Assembly (NCBI RefSeq): GCF_018350175.1
Contig: NC_058368.1
Coordinates: 124,436,001 to 124,500,000 of the forward strand
DNA from: Felis catus
Lineage: Eukaryota
Length of the DNA: 64,000 bases
Direction of reading: 5' to 3'
Position 1 is the stretch's first letter; the number at the start of each line of letters is the position of its first letter. Positions 50,429 through 62,960 of this stretch are shown here, piece by piece. The translations under genes were made by a program, and so were the position numbers. The notes beneath the pieces are model-generated. The model was given only the letters and a program-made list of their open reading frames with translations. It did no database searches and had not been told where the DNA came from.

Positions 50429-51960
50429 CTTCACAGAGCTAGAAAAAAAATCCTAAAATTTGTATGGAACCAGAAAAGACCCCAAATAGTCAAAGCAATC
50501 TTGAAAAAGAAAACTGAAGTTGGAGGCATTGTAATCCTGGACTTCAAGATGTATTACAAAGCTGAAATCATTAAGACAGTATGGTACTGGCACAAAAACA
50601 GACACTCAGATCAATGGAACAGAATAGAGAACCCAGAAACGGACCCACAAATGTATGGCCAACTAATCTTTGACAAAGCAGGAAAGAATATCCAAAGGAA
50701 TAAACACAGTATCTTCAGCAAGTGGTGCTGGGAAAACTGGACAGCGACATGCAGGAAAATGAACCTGGATCACTTTCTTACACCATGCACAAAAATAAAC
50801 TGAAAATGGATGAAAGACCTAAACGTAAGACAGGAAGCCATCAAAATCCTCAAGGAGAAAGCAGGCAAAAACCTCTTTGACCTCGGCCACAACAACTTCT
50901 TAACTCAACATGTCTCTGGAGGCAAGGGAAACACAAGCAAAAATGAACTATTAGGACCTCATAAAAATAAAAAGCTTCTGCACAGCAAAGGAAACAAACA
51001 AAAGGCAACTGACAGAATGGGAGAAGATATTTGCAAAGGACATATCAGATAAAGGGTTAGTATCCAAAATCTATAAAGAACTTATCAAACTCAATACCCA
51101 AAAAAGAAATAATCCAGTGAAGAAATGGGCAAAAGACATGAATAGACACTTCTCCAAAGAAGACATTCAGATGCTAACAGACACATGAAAAAATGCTCCA
51201 CATCACTCATCATCAGGGAAACACAAATCAAAACTACAATGAGATACCACCTCACACCAGTCAGAATGGCTAACATTAACAACTCAAGCAACAACAGATG
51301 TTGGTGAGGATGCAGAGAAAGAGAATCTCTTTTGCACTGCTGGTGGGAATGCAAACTGGTACAGCCACTCTGGAAAATAGTATGGAGGTTCCTCAAAAAA
51401 TTAAAAATAGAACTACCCTATGACCCACCAATTACACTACTAAGCATTTATCCAAGGGATACAGGTGTGCTGTTTCGAAGGGGCACATGCACCCAAATGT
51501 TTATAGCAGAGCTATCAACAACATCAAAGCATAGAAAGAGCCCAAATGTCCATAGATGCATGAATGGATAAAGAAGAAGTGGTATATATGTACAATGGAG
51601 TATTACTGGGCAATCAAGAAGAATGAAATCTTGCCATTTGCAACTACGTGGATGGATCTGTTAGGATTGTGCTAAGTGAAATTAGTCAGAGAAAGACAAA
51701 TATGATATCACTTAACTCATATGAGGAATTTAAGATACAAAACAGAAGAACATAAGGGAAGAGAAGCAAAAACAATATAAAAACAGGGAGGGGGACAAAA
51801 CATAAAAGACTTTTATATAGAGAGAACAAACAGAGGGTTCCTGGGAGGGGGGATGGGCTAAATGGGTAAGGGGCATTAAGAAATCTACTCCTGAAATTAC
51901 TGTTGCACTATATGCTAACTAACTTGGATGTAAATTAAAAAATAAATAAGTTAATTAAAA
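50429..51960 (+). mobile_element. 5'-truncated carnivore LINE-1 (ORF2 C-terminus plus 3'UTR)
   Basis: ORF2 peptides [29 protein letters not shown] and [15 protein letters not shown]-rich tail, and TSD AAATCTC(C/A)AAATACAT at 50413-50428 and 51961-51976. ORF2 is broken by stops and frameshifts. Confidence 0.95.
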
Positions 51961-52679
51961 AAATCTCAAAATACATTCCTTAGAATCACCTTTATTTGCT
52001 TTTTGTTGATTTAATGGTCAACAAGAAAGCTCAGTGGATCCTAGGAAAATGTAATTAATTTAAGGATGAATTTTCAAAGCAAAACAAATAAAATATTTAA
52101 AGGGTCATGTATAATGATTTCAGAGAGGACTAGATATGGAATCCATAAAGACAGCGACACACTGCTAATGAGTTTGTCTTTCCCAGTCTTCCCACACCAA
52201 GCAGGAAGACTACAGAAGTATCTTATCATCCTTAGGTGTTTGTTCAATGAATGAAAGTGTCTAGCAGTACAGAACACCTTAGGCACTGAGTGATGCTAAC
52301 GAAAACTAAAGAGTTTCTTAGGTGAGAATACTGCTGATATTTGTGAAGATTTGAGAATATAAGGGTTCTAAAAAATGTAAACACAACCCCAGAGATTTTT
52401 TAGAGTCAACTTTTTAAATGGAAGGAAACGAGTATTTATAGTAATCTCTGTTGGAAAAAGACTATGAGTTAGGATGGTCTCATCTCCTGTTGCTGGGAGC
52501 TCCTCAGCATTTACTGTTCTGAAGTACACCTACCTTCCCTGTCAAAGTCTAATTGAAGAAAAAGATTTGGCAAATTCATTCTCCCTAAGTTTCAGTAACT
52601 GAGTTGACTATGATACATTAGTCTGTTTTAATATACTGTAATAGCTCTTCTGTTTACTTTTTAAAAAGGTTTAATGTCC

Positions 52680-52732
52680 TTTTTTTAAAGTTTATTTATT
52701 TTGAGAGAGAGAACACAAGCAGGGGAGAGAGA

Positions 52733-52775
<43 letters not shown>

Positions 52776-52903
52776 TCCCAAGCAGGCTCCACACTGTCTG
52801 TGCAGAGCCCCATATGGGCCTCAAACTCATACGTTGTGAGATCATGACTTGAGCCAAAATCAAGACTCAGACACTTAACTGACTGAACCACCCAGGTGCC
52901 CCC
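52680..52903 (-). mobile_element. Can-SINE with long (GA)n
   Basis: Full body ending ccacccaggtgcccc. Confidence 0.95.
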
Positions 52904-52907
52904 CCCC

Positions 52908-53020
52908 TTTTTAAAGTTTATTTATTTATTTAAGTAATTTCTACACTCACTTTGCGGCTTGACCTCAAAATCCCGAGATCAAGAGTTGAGTGCTCTACCC
53001 ATTGAGCCAGCCAGTCCAAT
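52908..53020 (-). mobile_element. Short tRNA-derived carnivore SINE lacking the (CT)n region
   Basis: tttatttatttaagtaatttctacac..gagatcaagagt..tgagccagccag. Confidence 0.8.
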
Positions 53021-53532
53021 AGGGTTTAATGTCTCAACCCAAGGTAATGTATGTCCAAGTGTAGAATTAAAAACATCAGTTAGATGGAAGCAAGTGATTT
53101 TCTAAAAGAAAAAAATACTTTCTAGCAGAAATATACTGTTTACCTCAACTATTTTTATTTAAGACCCAGTATTTGATCATTCAGTAGTATTTTGGCCATG
53201 TTACATATTAAGAATGGCTAGCACAAACAAGGGGATGGAAATCTCTAATGTAACAATGAATTTCACCCTGAAAATCTTGCAGCAGCTTTCTCAGGACTTA
53301 AGCTAAACCAGGTATTCAAATATCAATCTAGGTTTACAAAGATACAAAGTTTACCTACTTCTGTCTGTTGAAATAAAAATAACCATTCCACATTCATGGG
53401 ATTAAGTAGATTCTTTCTGATAGTCAATATAATAAGTTCTATACTTTGACAATAATCCTTGGGATGTGTTCTCATTGATATTTCCATTAAATAATTTCCT
53501 TTGAAGATCAAAAAGATCATTAGTACTTTTTA

Positions 53533-53606
53533 AAACTGAGGTATAATTAACATACAGTGTTATATTAGTTTCAGGTGTATAAGATAATGATTCAACAATT
53601 CCACTG
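53533..53606 (-). mobile_element. ~75 bp extreme 3' end of a carnivore L1
   Basis: aattaacatacagtgttatattagtttcaggtgta is antisense to the L1 end at 11520-11560. TSD GTACTTTTTA at 53523-53532 and 53607-53616. Confidence 0.85.
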
Positions 53607-56349
53607 GTACTTTTTAGAAGAGTGTTAATAATATTATGGATATATTCTCCATGTTCCATATTTCCATGTTCATGGATACATTTCCCGTCTCTTTAAATTG
53701 CTTGTACTAAGTGACTTAATACACTGTCAATATACGCTTAATGCATTTCAAAATATGTGTCCAGAAATGTGTGTGTTATTAGCATATTGGGCCTTGAATA
53801 CCACAAATTGGCCTCGTTTCTGCAAATCTTTCCTTTCAGTGTCTTATGCATAAACTGTGTTGTAGACTGACAAGCTGCCTGCCATATACAGGCTTGATCT
53901 CCTCATTTTGTTTTAGATTCAAAATTCCCAACAGGAAAGTAACCATTACAGTAACGAATCTCAGAGTTTTGTTTGGTTTGCTTTATAAATTCCTAACCTT
54001 TTCCTGATGTAGCAGAAAATATGCAAGGCTCAGGTTAGGTCAACAACAGAGTCAAGGTTAACTGTGAGAGAGTGAAGAGAGTGACATGGGAAAGAATCCA
54101 ACCAGTCAAACATTAAAACTTCAATAGGCAACTTATATCAATGTTAACATTAGCTATCACCTCAGTACATTTGCACTTAGTATATTTTGTTAATAGATTC
54201 TAAGACTCTTAATGTCTGTTTTATCCTTTTGCCACAGGGAAGGGATTTCATTGTTCTTAAAGCACTGCATCTTCTGCTGGGGATGATTCTGTTCTTGGCC
54301 TCTGGAACAGCTCATAAATTGTATCTCCTGAATTATAGCATAAAACAGTTAACAAAATGGCTTCCTATTCCCTGGGGAAGCCCAGGTAGGAATAGCTACT
54401 TAGAGAAGCGATTAAGTGTAAAACTAGCTTTAAGCACAGAGCAACAGTAGACTCCTGAGCGTTTTCATTTGCATTTGGAATTTGGTTTATTTTGGCTCTA
54501 TCAATTCATACATCTGAGAAGAAAGCAGCCCCCAGCTTATGTTACCAAGATTAACTGTAGAAGAGAGAGATGGGAGCAAGCTTAGGGACCACAGCCTCTC
54601 TTGGCCATATATCCATCTAACAGAGCTATTCTGCTATTCCAAGTCTACTCCTGTGCTTGAAGGAAAAATACCTTCACGTGTGGGATGGAGCCTTTTAAGA
54701 ACACACTTGTCTTCACTTTCACACAGATTTCCTGCTCAGAGTTCGTCAGGTTAACTTAACCTCAGAGGATTCCAGGGCTTCCAAAGTAGGAAAAAAAACA
54801 TGTTTATAATCAAATAATTTGGGGAACAATTAGGCTGAACAAAATGGCAAATAATTATCTTTATTGAAGAGTCATTAATAAATATGCTAGTGTCCACTGT
54901 GTTTCTTCAAGAGTAGATGATCATCTTCTAAGGATATTTGACCTTGGAAGATTTTTTTAATTCAGAATATCTCTAAAAATCTCACATTCTCCAAGGAATC
55001 AAGTCACAGTCAAATTTTAATCGAAAGCCTGTTTCACTTATTCATACTCACTTTAGCATAAATCAGAGCCTTGATTTTGTTGAGTTGGTTGAATTCCATG
55101 ACTGATGTCACTTTGGACCAGATCCATAGTCAGTTCTGGTATCCTATCACACAAGGCTGTCATCGGTGTAGGAGATAAGGTGCACATATGAGCTTGTTAA
55201 ACTCTAAAGGTTATAAAACCACCTCAGAAGAGTTCTTGTTATTTGATTATTAAGAGTTTCAAGCCCCAGAAAAACTGAGGATTCATGGGAGAAAGAGAAG
55301 TCTGTGGGAAAGCATAGCAGTTGCCACGGTGGCAAGTTCCTTGAAATATTAAGAGTGGAACTCTTATTTCCTGACTTCCCTAAAGAACCCCTTATGAATC
55401 TACCACCCAGGAATTCACCTAAGTTTTTGCACCACTTCTCAGGGATAGTATACTGTTACTACCAAATGTTAAAAAAATTATTCTGCTTATTTGTACAAAA
55501 ATGATGTTATTAAGTCTTTAAGGGATGCTAAAATATTAAGGTTGATGTTTTCTGGTATAAAGAGGTTAAAATTAGAAGAGAATAATGGATGCCTCCTGAT
55601 TAGACCCTGGTCTGGCAAGGCTTTTTACAGGCAGGACCTAGAGGCTATATTTTACATCCTCGGGGCTAGAGGGAGGAAAAAGGTAACAGAAGGATGGGAC
55701 AACTCACCAGTCTAAGCAGATCAGGCCAATTCTAGCCATAACTCCAGCTGAATCAGAACTGGCAACTTAAAGAGCAATGGCATGCATACCTAGTCAAGGT
55801 GGGTATCATCTTCCTTTAAGAGGATCTAGAGCTACCTATATCTGAAATTTAGGACTGGAAGATATTTAAAGATCATTTAGTACAAACCCTCATATAAGAA
55901 ACTAGGAGACTGAGGCCTAGAAAGGTTTTGTAAGATATCCTAAACATGGCTCCTGGATCAAAGTACAGTATCTCTGAGAAGCAGGCATGGAATGTGTTTT
56001 TCCACTATAGCAATAAACATGTTTCTGATAGGAGAACACAGCTCCATATATTTCCCAATGGTTTTTTATAGTTAAGAAAAACCTATGTATTTAACCATAA
56101 ATCATATTGCTTTTAAAATCAGAAAATGGCTAGATGATGGAAAAATATGGAAAGATATAAGGAGTAACTCTGGCCAGAGATGCGAACAAGACAGTAGAAA
56201 ACTGGCAGTAATACTCTGATCTGTACACAGACATAATAGCTTCCTTCTGAAAGAATATGGTCTTCCCAAATGAGTGCCTCTCAGACACTTGGGTTACATA
56301 GTGATACATCAGTCCAGAGAAATCTGTTTTAATAACAATCTACTTCTTT

Positions 56350-58210
56350 GAGACTTCTGCTACTGGTTACAATATAGAAGGATGCCAAAGACTGTCCCTC
56401 CTTTAGCTAACAATGAAAAAGTCCCAGACAAAATAAAAATTATATTTTTCTACAAGGCAGAGGAAGAGGGGTGAATATAAGGAAGACTTGATGAACTTAA
56501 CTCCAAGAGAAATAAGCTTTTTATAGGTGAGTAGAGAGCTGTGACAGCTTCCACGTGTAGGGGCACATGGTTTAAGTACAGACAGAAACTGGGATGGAGA
56601 GACTTTTCAGGATGGAGGGAAATTGGCCAGCTTTGTTAAAACAATGTGTTCTGGCTAGGACTGTAGTCTAGAAGAACCCCACACAGGGACAGAACACATG
56701 GACCAACAATTCTTCTTCTTATATCATAATAATCCACCATGAAGTTTGCTGAGAAAAATAGCATTGGGGGAGTGACTGATAAGCAGAGAGAAACTGTACA
56801 ACTCTGCACATTCTTGAGCCCTGACAGAGTTTAATCCAAAGGTAAGCAAGCTAAATATATCTTAAACTTCAGCCAATCCTCACCCAGTTCAACTACTGAC
56901 ATGATCAAATAGTGATTTGGGATGAGGGTGGTGGGGTTAAACACAGGTGAATTTGATACAGTTAAAGCAGTGAGCAAACATAAGTACATTTATATACAAT
57001 GTCCAAAAATTAAAATTGTATTACATACAAGAGAGCAAAAACAAAACAAAACAACAAAAACTAAATGTCAGAAAAAGAGTCATTAGAAACAGAGTTGCAG
57101 ATGACAGTTACTGGAATAAGCAGACAAAGACTTTAAAACAACTATTATAAATATATTAAATAATTAACTGAAAATGTGATTATATTGAGTAGAAAAAAAT
57201 GAATAAAAATAAACACTCTAAAAAAGAACCAAGTGGAATTCTAGAGCCAAAAATTCTGCAATCTCTGAGTGTTAAAAATCACCAGGTGAAATTAACGCTA
57301 CACGGAAAACTGCTCAAAAAAGGATCAGTAAACTTAAAAACTTAAAAAAAAGAAATTATTCAAAATAAAAATGAAAGAGGAAAAAATTAAGGAAAAGAAA
57401 AAGAATGCCAATTATCTTTGGGATAATACCAAGAGATCTACAAGCAATTAGAGTCCCTGCAAGAATTGAGCAGAAAAAATTTTGGAAGAAATAATGGCTG
57501 AAAATTTTTAAATTTTTAAAAATTATCAACCCACAGATTGAAGAATGGAGTCTGAGAAACTCAACAAATCTCTAATGGGATGATGTATAGAAAAACACAC
57601 CTAGGCATATTATAGTCAAATTTCTGAAAACCATGGAGAGAGAACATGTAGAAAGCATTTCCTCCCTCTAGCCCCGTGGATGTAAATGTAAATGACAGTT
57701 AACTTGTCATTACAAACAATGCAACTCAGAATACAATAAAATAATATCTTTAAAGTGCTAAAAAGAAAAAATAAAACAAAACCTGTCAACCCAGGTTGAT
57801 GCCTTTTACATCCATGAATATATGATTTAAACATAACAGTGAAATTGAAGGTATTTTTGGATAAATGAAATCTGAGATAATTTGCCATAGCATATCTGCA
57901 CTATAAAAAATACTAAAGGAAGGTCTTTAGGTCAAAGGGAAATGATACCAGATGAAAATTCAGATTTACAGGAAGGAATGGGAAATGCCAGAAATGATGA
58001 TTACATGAGTAAATATAAATGATGTTTTTTCTCTTTTCTTAATTTACTTGAAAAACAACGGTCTTAGAAAAACTTTTTAAAAATGCATTGTGGGGTTTAT
58101 AAAATATGTAGAAGTTAAATATATGACAAGAATAACAAAAAATGGGAAGGAATAAGTGGAAGTACACTGTTGTAAATTTTTATATGCAAAGTAGCATAAT
58201 ACTAATTCAA
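56350..58210 (+). mobile_element. Ancient L1 5' region / ORF1 remnant (L1M-type)
   Basis: A-rich ORF1-like motifs gaaataatggctgaaaatttt, acacacctaggcatattatagtcaaa and aatatctttaaagtgct. Heavily decayed; left boundary uncertain. Confidence 0.75.
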
Positions 58211-58224
58211 GGCAGAGAGAAAGG

Positions 58225-58365
58225 CAGATGTTATTTTTTCTATTTCATATATAAGAAAGCTGAGGCTCAAAGAGGATGTTTGACTTGACCAAGGTAATAA
58301 AGAGAGTTAGTGGCCAACCCTCGTCTAGAAACCAGGTTTGCAGACTCTAGGCTATTGCTTTCAAA
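58225..58365 (-). mobile_element. MIR
   Basis: aagaaagctgaggctcaaagagg..tgacttgaccaaggt. Confidence 0.6.
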
Positions 58366-59312
58366 GCAAAATTGGGATTAAGCATGGATGCATGATGGTT
58401 AATCCAAGGCTCTACATAACTAAATGAATCTTATTTCTTAGTCTACAAGGTTTGTCTCCTTATGGCTCATTTTACTTATCTAAGATTCCTCTTCTTCCCC
58501 TATGGCTGGAATATTATTTATAAAATTTATAAAAGAAAAAGAAACATGCACCGTTCTGTTTCCTTTCCATCTCCCTTCTCTGTTTAGTTTCTCTCCAAGC
58601 AATTTACCTCCCCACACTAAGTCTGGTTATCGCTTCTCATGTCAATCAAGAACAAATGAAGAAAAGAAATGTAGGGATAGGAGAGATTAAGCACAGGGTC
58701 TTTAGAGGGGTACTCAAACAGATTCTGTGAAAAGTAATGAAAGCCCATAAAGAATAGGAAAATTGTGTCCATGTTTCACTTTTCATCTCTTGGTTTGCAT
58801 CTACTGTATCTTGACTATGATAGGGACTATGGCATCCTGTCTCATCAAGTCAGAGTTTAGCATAGAACAGGATGACCTTCAGTAATCAATGGCAAAATGT
58901 GAGTAAAAGTGAAATTTATTCCATCCCTGCTGCTATTCCAAATGCTCTCTGCCTGTCCATTAGCAAAGAGCACTCCATCCAATAGCCCATTTCCAAGACA
59001 AAGAACATGGTAGAGCCACTCTTATTAGTTCTCAGCTTTGCACGGTCCAAGAGGAATCTTCTGAAACTTAGGCTGTAAGAAAAGGCTACTGGGATTTCTA
59101 ATCCACCCATATCAAATTGCACCTTGACATAACCAGGGCTTCCAGGACAGAACAACTGTTTAATAGCTGCTCCACAAACTTGAGAGAAAACAGCTCCATT
59201 TCTGTATTGGCATACAGCACACTTCCTATGTAGGTCATTTAGAGGCAGCGCAGCCTTGCAGACAGATAAGTCCTTCTAGTTGGGCCAATATAAGAATTTA
59301 GAAGGCAATGGC

Positions 59313-59330
59313 GGGGGGGGGGGGGGGGGG
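59313..59330 (+). repeat. G18 homopolymer
   Basis: Direct reading. Confidence 0.9.
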
Positions 59331-59465
59331 CAGGTGCAAGGAATATTTCAAATGTGTCAATGAACTGCACCTAAAAACTGGAGCTGAGACAATGGATATG
59401 CCCATACAAGATAATGGGAAAAGACTAAAGAGAGTTCTAGGTTCACCTTGATTTAAGAATTAGAG

Positions 59466-59687
59466 AAACTTAACAGGAACCCATGGGGGAGGGGAAGGAA
59501 AAAAAAAAAAGAGGTTAGAGTGGGAGAGAGTCAAAGCATAAGAGACTCTTAAAAACTGAGAAGAAACTGAGGGCTGATGGGGGGTGGGAGGGAGGGTGGG
59601 TGATGGATATTGAGGAGGGTACCTTTTGGGATGAGCACTGGGTGTTGTATGGAAACCAATTTGACAATAAATTTCATATTAAAAAAA
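59466..59687 (+). mobile_element. Young felid-type L1 3'UTR fragment
   Basis: gagactcttaaaaactgag..gatgagcactgggtgttgtatggaaaccaatttgacaataaa plus A-tail. Perfect TSD AAGAATTAGAG at 59455-59465 and 59688-59698. Confidence 0.92.
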
Positions 59688-59724
59688 AAGAATTAGAGCA
59701 TCACTCAAAAAGGACTATGATAGA

Positions 59725-59980
59725 GCAGCCAAATTCATAGAGACAGGAAGTAGAATGATGGTTGCCAAGGACTCAAGGGCAAAGAAAATGGGGAGTTATT
59801 ATTCAGTGGGGATGGAGATTTAGTGTGGGAAGATGAAAAAAGTTCTGGACATGGTTGGGGGTGACAGGTGGGCAACAATGCAAATGTACTTAACGCCACT
59901 GAACTGTACATTTCAAAATGGTTAAGAAGATAAATTTTATGTTATGTATATTTTACCACAATCTTAAGAAAGAAAGAAAA
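59725..59980 (+). mobile_element. L1MB-like 3'UTR fragment
   Basis: caaattcatagagacaggaagtagaatgatggttgcc..ttttatgttatgtatattttaccacaat. Confidence 0.85.
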
Positions 59981-61790
59981 AAATACAGTGAGTTAATTAG
60001 CTGTTGGCCCTAATTTGTTTAGAGAAAATTATGGTCAATATTGGTTTTAGCATCTGGCAAACCTTATATACTTCCTTAGTACATCACCCAGATTCTCTTA
60101 GCCACCCCCTTTCAAGAACATCTGTAGGGATATACCTCTGTTTGAGAAATGATTCTCTTAGATGGTTTTGGGAGTATATGACAGCCATTTCTGATGGGGA
60201 AAAAAAGCAGAGAAACAAATGAAAGGTTTTAGTGGTGGTGAGTCTCAACAAAAACAAATTATTTCAAAAATGAATTTACTTCCTGATATGGGAAGTAGGG
60301 TGAGTTAAGAGATATGAGGGGGAAATAATTTTAAGTAGTTATTTTATCTTCAGTAGATTGTAGGTGGCTTGATTTAGCATATCAGCTATTTTACAAAATG
60401 GTGCCTAGTGAAAATATTCTTTAGCAACAAGACTTGGGGTGTCTCCATCTCAGCACCTCTGTTCTCAAGCAATTTGATTTGGGGTGACTTGTTTTGGAAA
60501 TTTAAAGAAAACTGCCTTGTGAATATTTATATGAGCAGATTTTGTTTTCCCTTTGGGCTGTACAGCTGCCAGCCATTTATTGCCTGCTTGGTCCACGGGC
60601 AGGTTTTTTTTTTTTTTTTTTTTTTCCCTTTCCCCTCTTGTGGTTCCTACAATAGAAATAAACATTTTTTAAAATGGAAAGGAACCCACTCCCTTTTCAT
60701 AATCTCAGCTACAGATCTGCTTTTGATTTTTCATGCTTCATTTTGTTCCCTGAAGGATAATTTGGAGGTTTGAGTAATTAACCCAAGACTCATAGGAGGC
60801 CGTCTTTCGAAGGCGGGTAATTTTGCTGTGGTGGAGTCGGCCGCTGTCAAGCATTAACTTCTTAATAATAAAGCCTTTCAGACCCTCGACTATCCGCACA
60901 AAGATGCACTTGAAGCTAGTGGCTTGGCAGAGTGTAAGCGGACTACTTCTATTCTTTCCTTGGACAAAATAGTCCTCTTGATCTCTGGGTTGGAGCTATT
61001 TTTATTTTAGTTCAGTTCTTTTTTGCTTTTTAACTTGGTAGGCAAGTCTTTCACTTATATTTTGATCCCCTGGTTAATCTGTTGCCTTTTTTCAAAAAGA
61101 CCTGCAAAAAGACACCCTTCCCAATATCCAGTGACCAGCTCCCCCTTTCAGTATATTTAGAATCCTCCCTTTTTAGAAGAGCAGTGACTCAACTCCTGAA
61201 CTAAATAAGAGTTTGATCGCACTACACTTCCTGCTATTAACATGAAATGGCCCTGGTGCAGTACTGGGGACAATCCCACCTGCAATTAACAACCAAATTA
61301 GGATGTATCTTTTCTTGGGGAGCAGATCCACCAGAAATTTGAGGACAGCTGCTGCCCTGCCTCCCATTCCCACTCTCCTTTTAATGCCCTCTCTCAATCT
61401 CTTAGCAGAGAAATGAACCAGAAATTTTTGTTTTCTATTTGATAAATCAGTGTATTTTAAGTGATTTGGCAAATACTTACTGAGTGCTTACAATGTAACA
61501 GACACTGTGGCAGGCAGTGATCTTTTATCCACGTGTCACCGGCTTACTGTGCCCTGGGACCTCTGACTTTTGAAAAGGATTACGAAAATACTAGGCTTAG
61601 TATATTTATATTATAATATATATAGCAATTATTTATATACATATATATTACAAAATGAATACACAATTAATTAAATGTCAACCAGCAACATGATATCAAC
61701 CTAAAACTGCAGACATTTAAAAATACCATTCCATTCAAAAGCAGTTTATGGGTAGATTTTTCTCACTTTTCAAAGATTCCCAAATATTCT

Positions 61791-61959
61791 CCTTGTTTTT
61801 TTTGTGTGTGTTTATTTTTTAAAGAGAGAGGAGAGAGAGAAAGAGAGAGAGTGCGAGCAAGTGGAGGAGGGGCACAGAGAGGGAGACAGAAGGCTCAAAC
61901 TCACAGACTGACCTGAGCTGAAGTCAGAGTTTCAACTGACTAAGCCACCCAGGTGCCCC
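61791..61959 (-). mobile_element. Can-SINE with internal deletion
   Basis: Flanks CCCAAATATTCT at 61779-61790 and 61957-61968. The central body is missing. Confidence 0.92.
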
Positions 61960-62299
61960 AAATATTCTATTTGTAAGCAAAACTAGTTTTTCAGAGCCAA
62001 ATAATTTCATAAGCACCTTTATTTTATTTATTTTAAAAACTTTCAAATTAAAAAAAAAATTATAGTCATTGTGAGATGTATAAGTATCAAGACGTTTACT
62101 ATGATAAAAGCCTCTGAAGGCTTTAAAGCAGCCCAGGGAGAACAGATGAGAGGTTCATGGGTGTCAAAAAAGAGGCCTCTGCCATTCAGAAGTTTACAAT
62201 CCCCGGGTGGACAAGCATGGCTAGTAAAGGAAATGCAAAGGATGCGCTCCACTTGAGGTCCTAGTATTGTCTCAATAGCTTGATGCTTTAGGGGATATT

Positions 62300-62960
62300 T
62301 GAAGACACTTCTCAAGCCAATGCAAAAGGACTTTCTTTTCTGCTTCTTTCTGTTCCTTATATAATATCATTCTGGTCACTTCTTCTTGATCATACCTCAG
62401 CTTGTGTCTCATATAATTTGGTGCCAAAAAGGGAAAACCACACTCTAGATGTGGTGAAAATAAGTACAAAGTATGTGGGAGTCTTGCCACCTCACTAGAG
62501 TTTTATTCTTACATTAATTCAGCTGCATTGTGTTTTGCATGGATACTTGTCCTCAACCAAAACACAACAGCCCCCAGGTCCTTTTCATATCAGTAGTGCC
62601 AAGCAGATTATCCTCATAGGTATTTGTGAAGGTGGCTTTCTAAACGTTTTCTAAATGTAGTTTTGTAATTCCCTTCCCCTCAAAAAACCAAACCTTGATT
62701 TTGTTATCTGGCATAGTTATTCTCCCTCTCAGCTTTGTGCCCGCTTATGTTTGATAAATTTGCCCTCTATATTGGATAAGACAGAAATGATCAAGTACAG
62801 AATAAGGGACTTCACCCTAGGGATCACCTAAAAATAATGTTGGTCCCTGGGAGTTGCTTGTTCCATCAGCTACAAAATTCAGCAATGGTACAATTCTCTA
62901 TTTTGGCAATGGAGATATCACAAATTATTTCTTTAAACACTTTACTGAAATAACAACATT
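62300..62960 (-). mobile_element. Possible ancient CR1/L3 remnant
   Basis: Weak resemblance only (accacactctagatgtggt, cccccaggtccttttca). Confidence 0.35.

Noticed and set aside
50501..51571. ORFs resembling reverse-transcriptase-family protein
   Set aside because: Broken ORF2 of a truncated L1, not a host gene.
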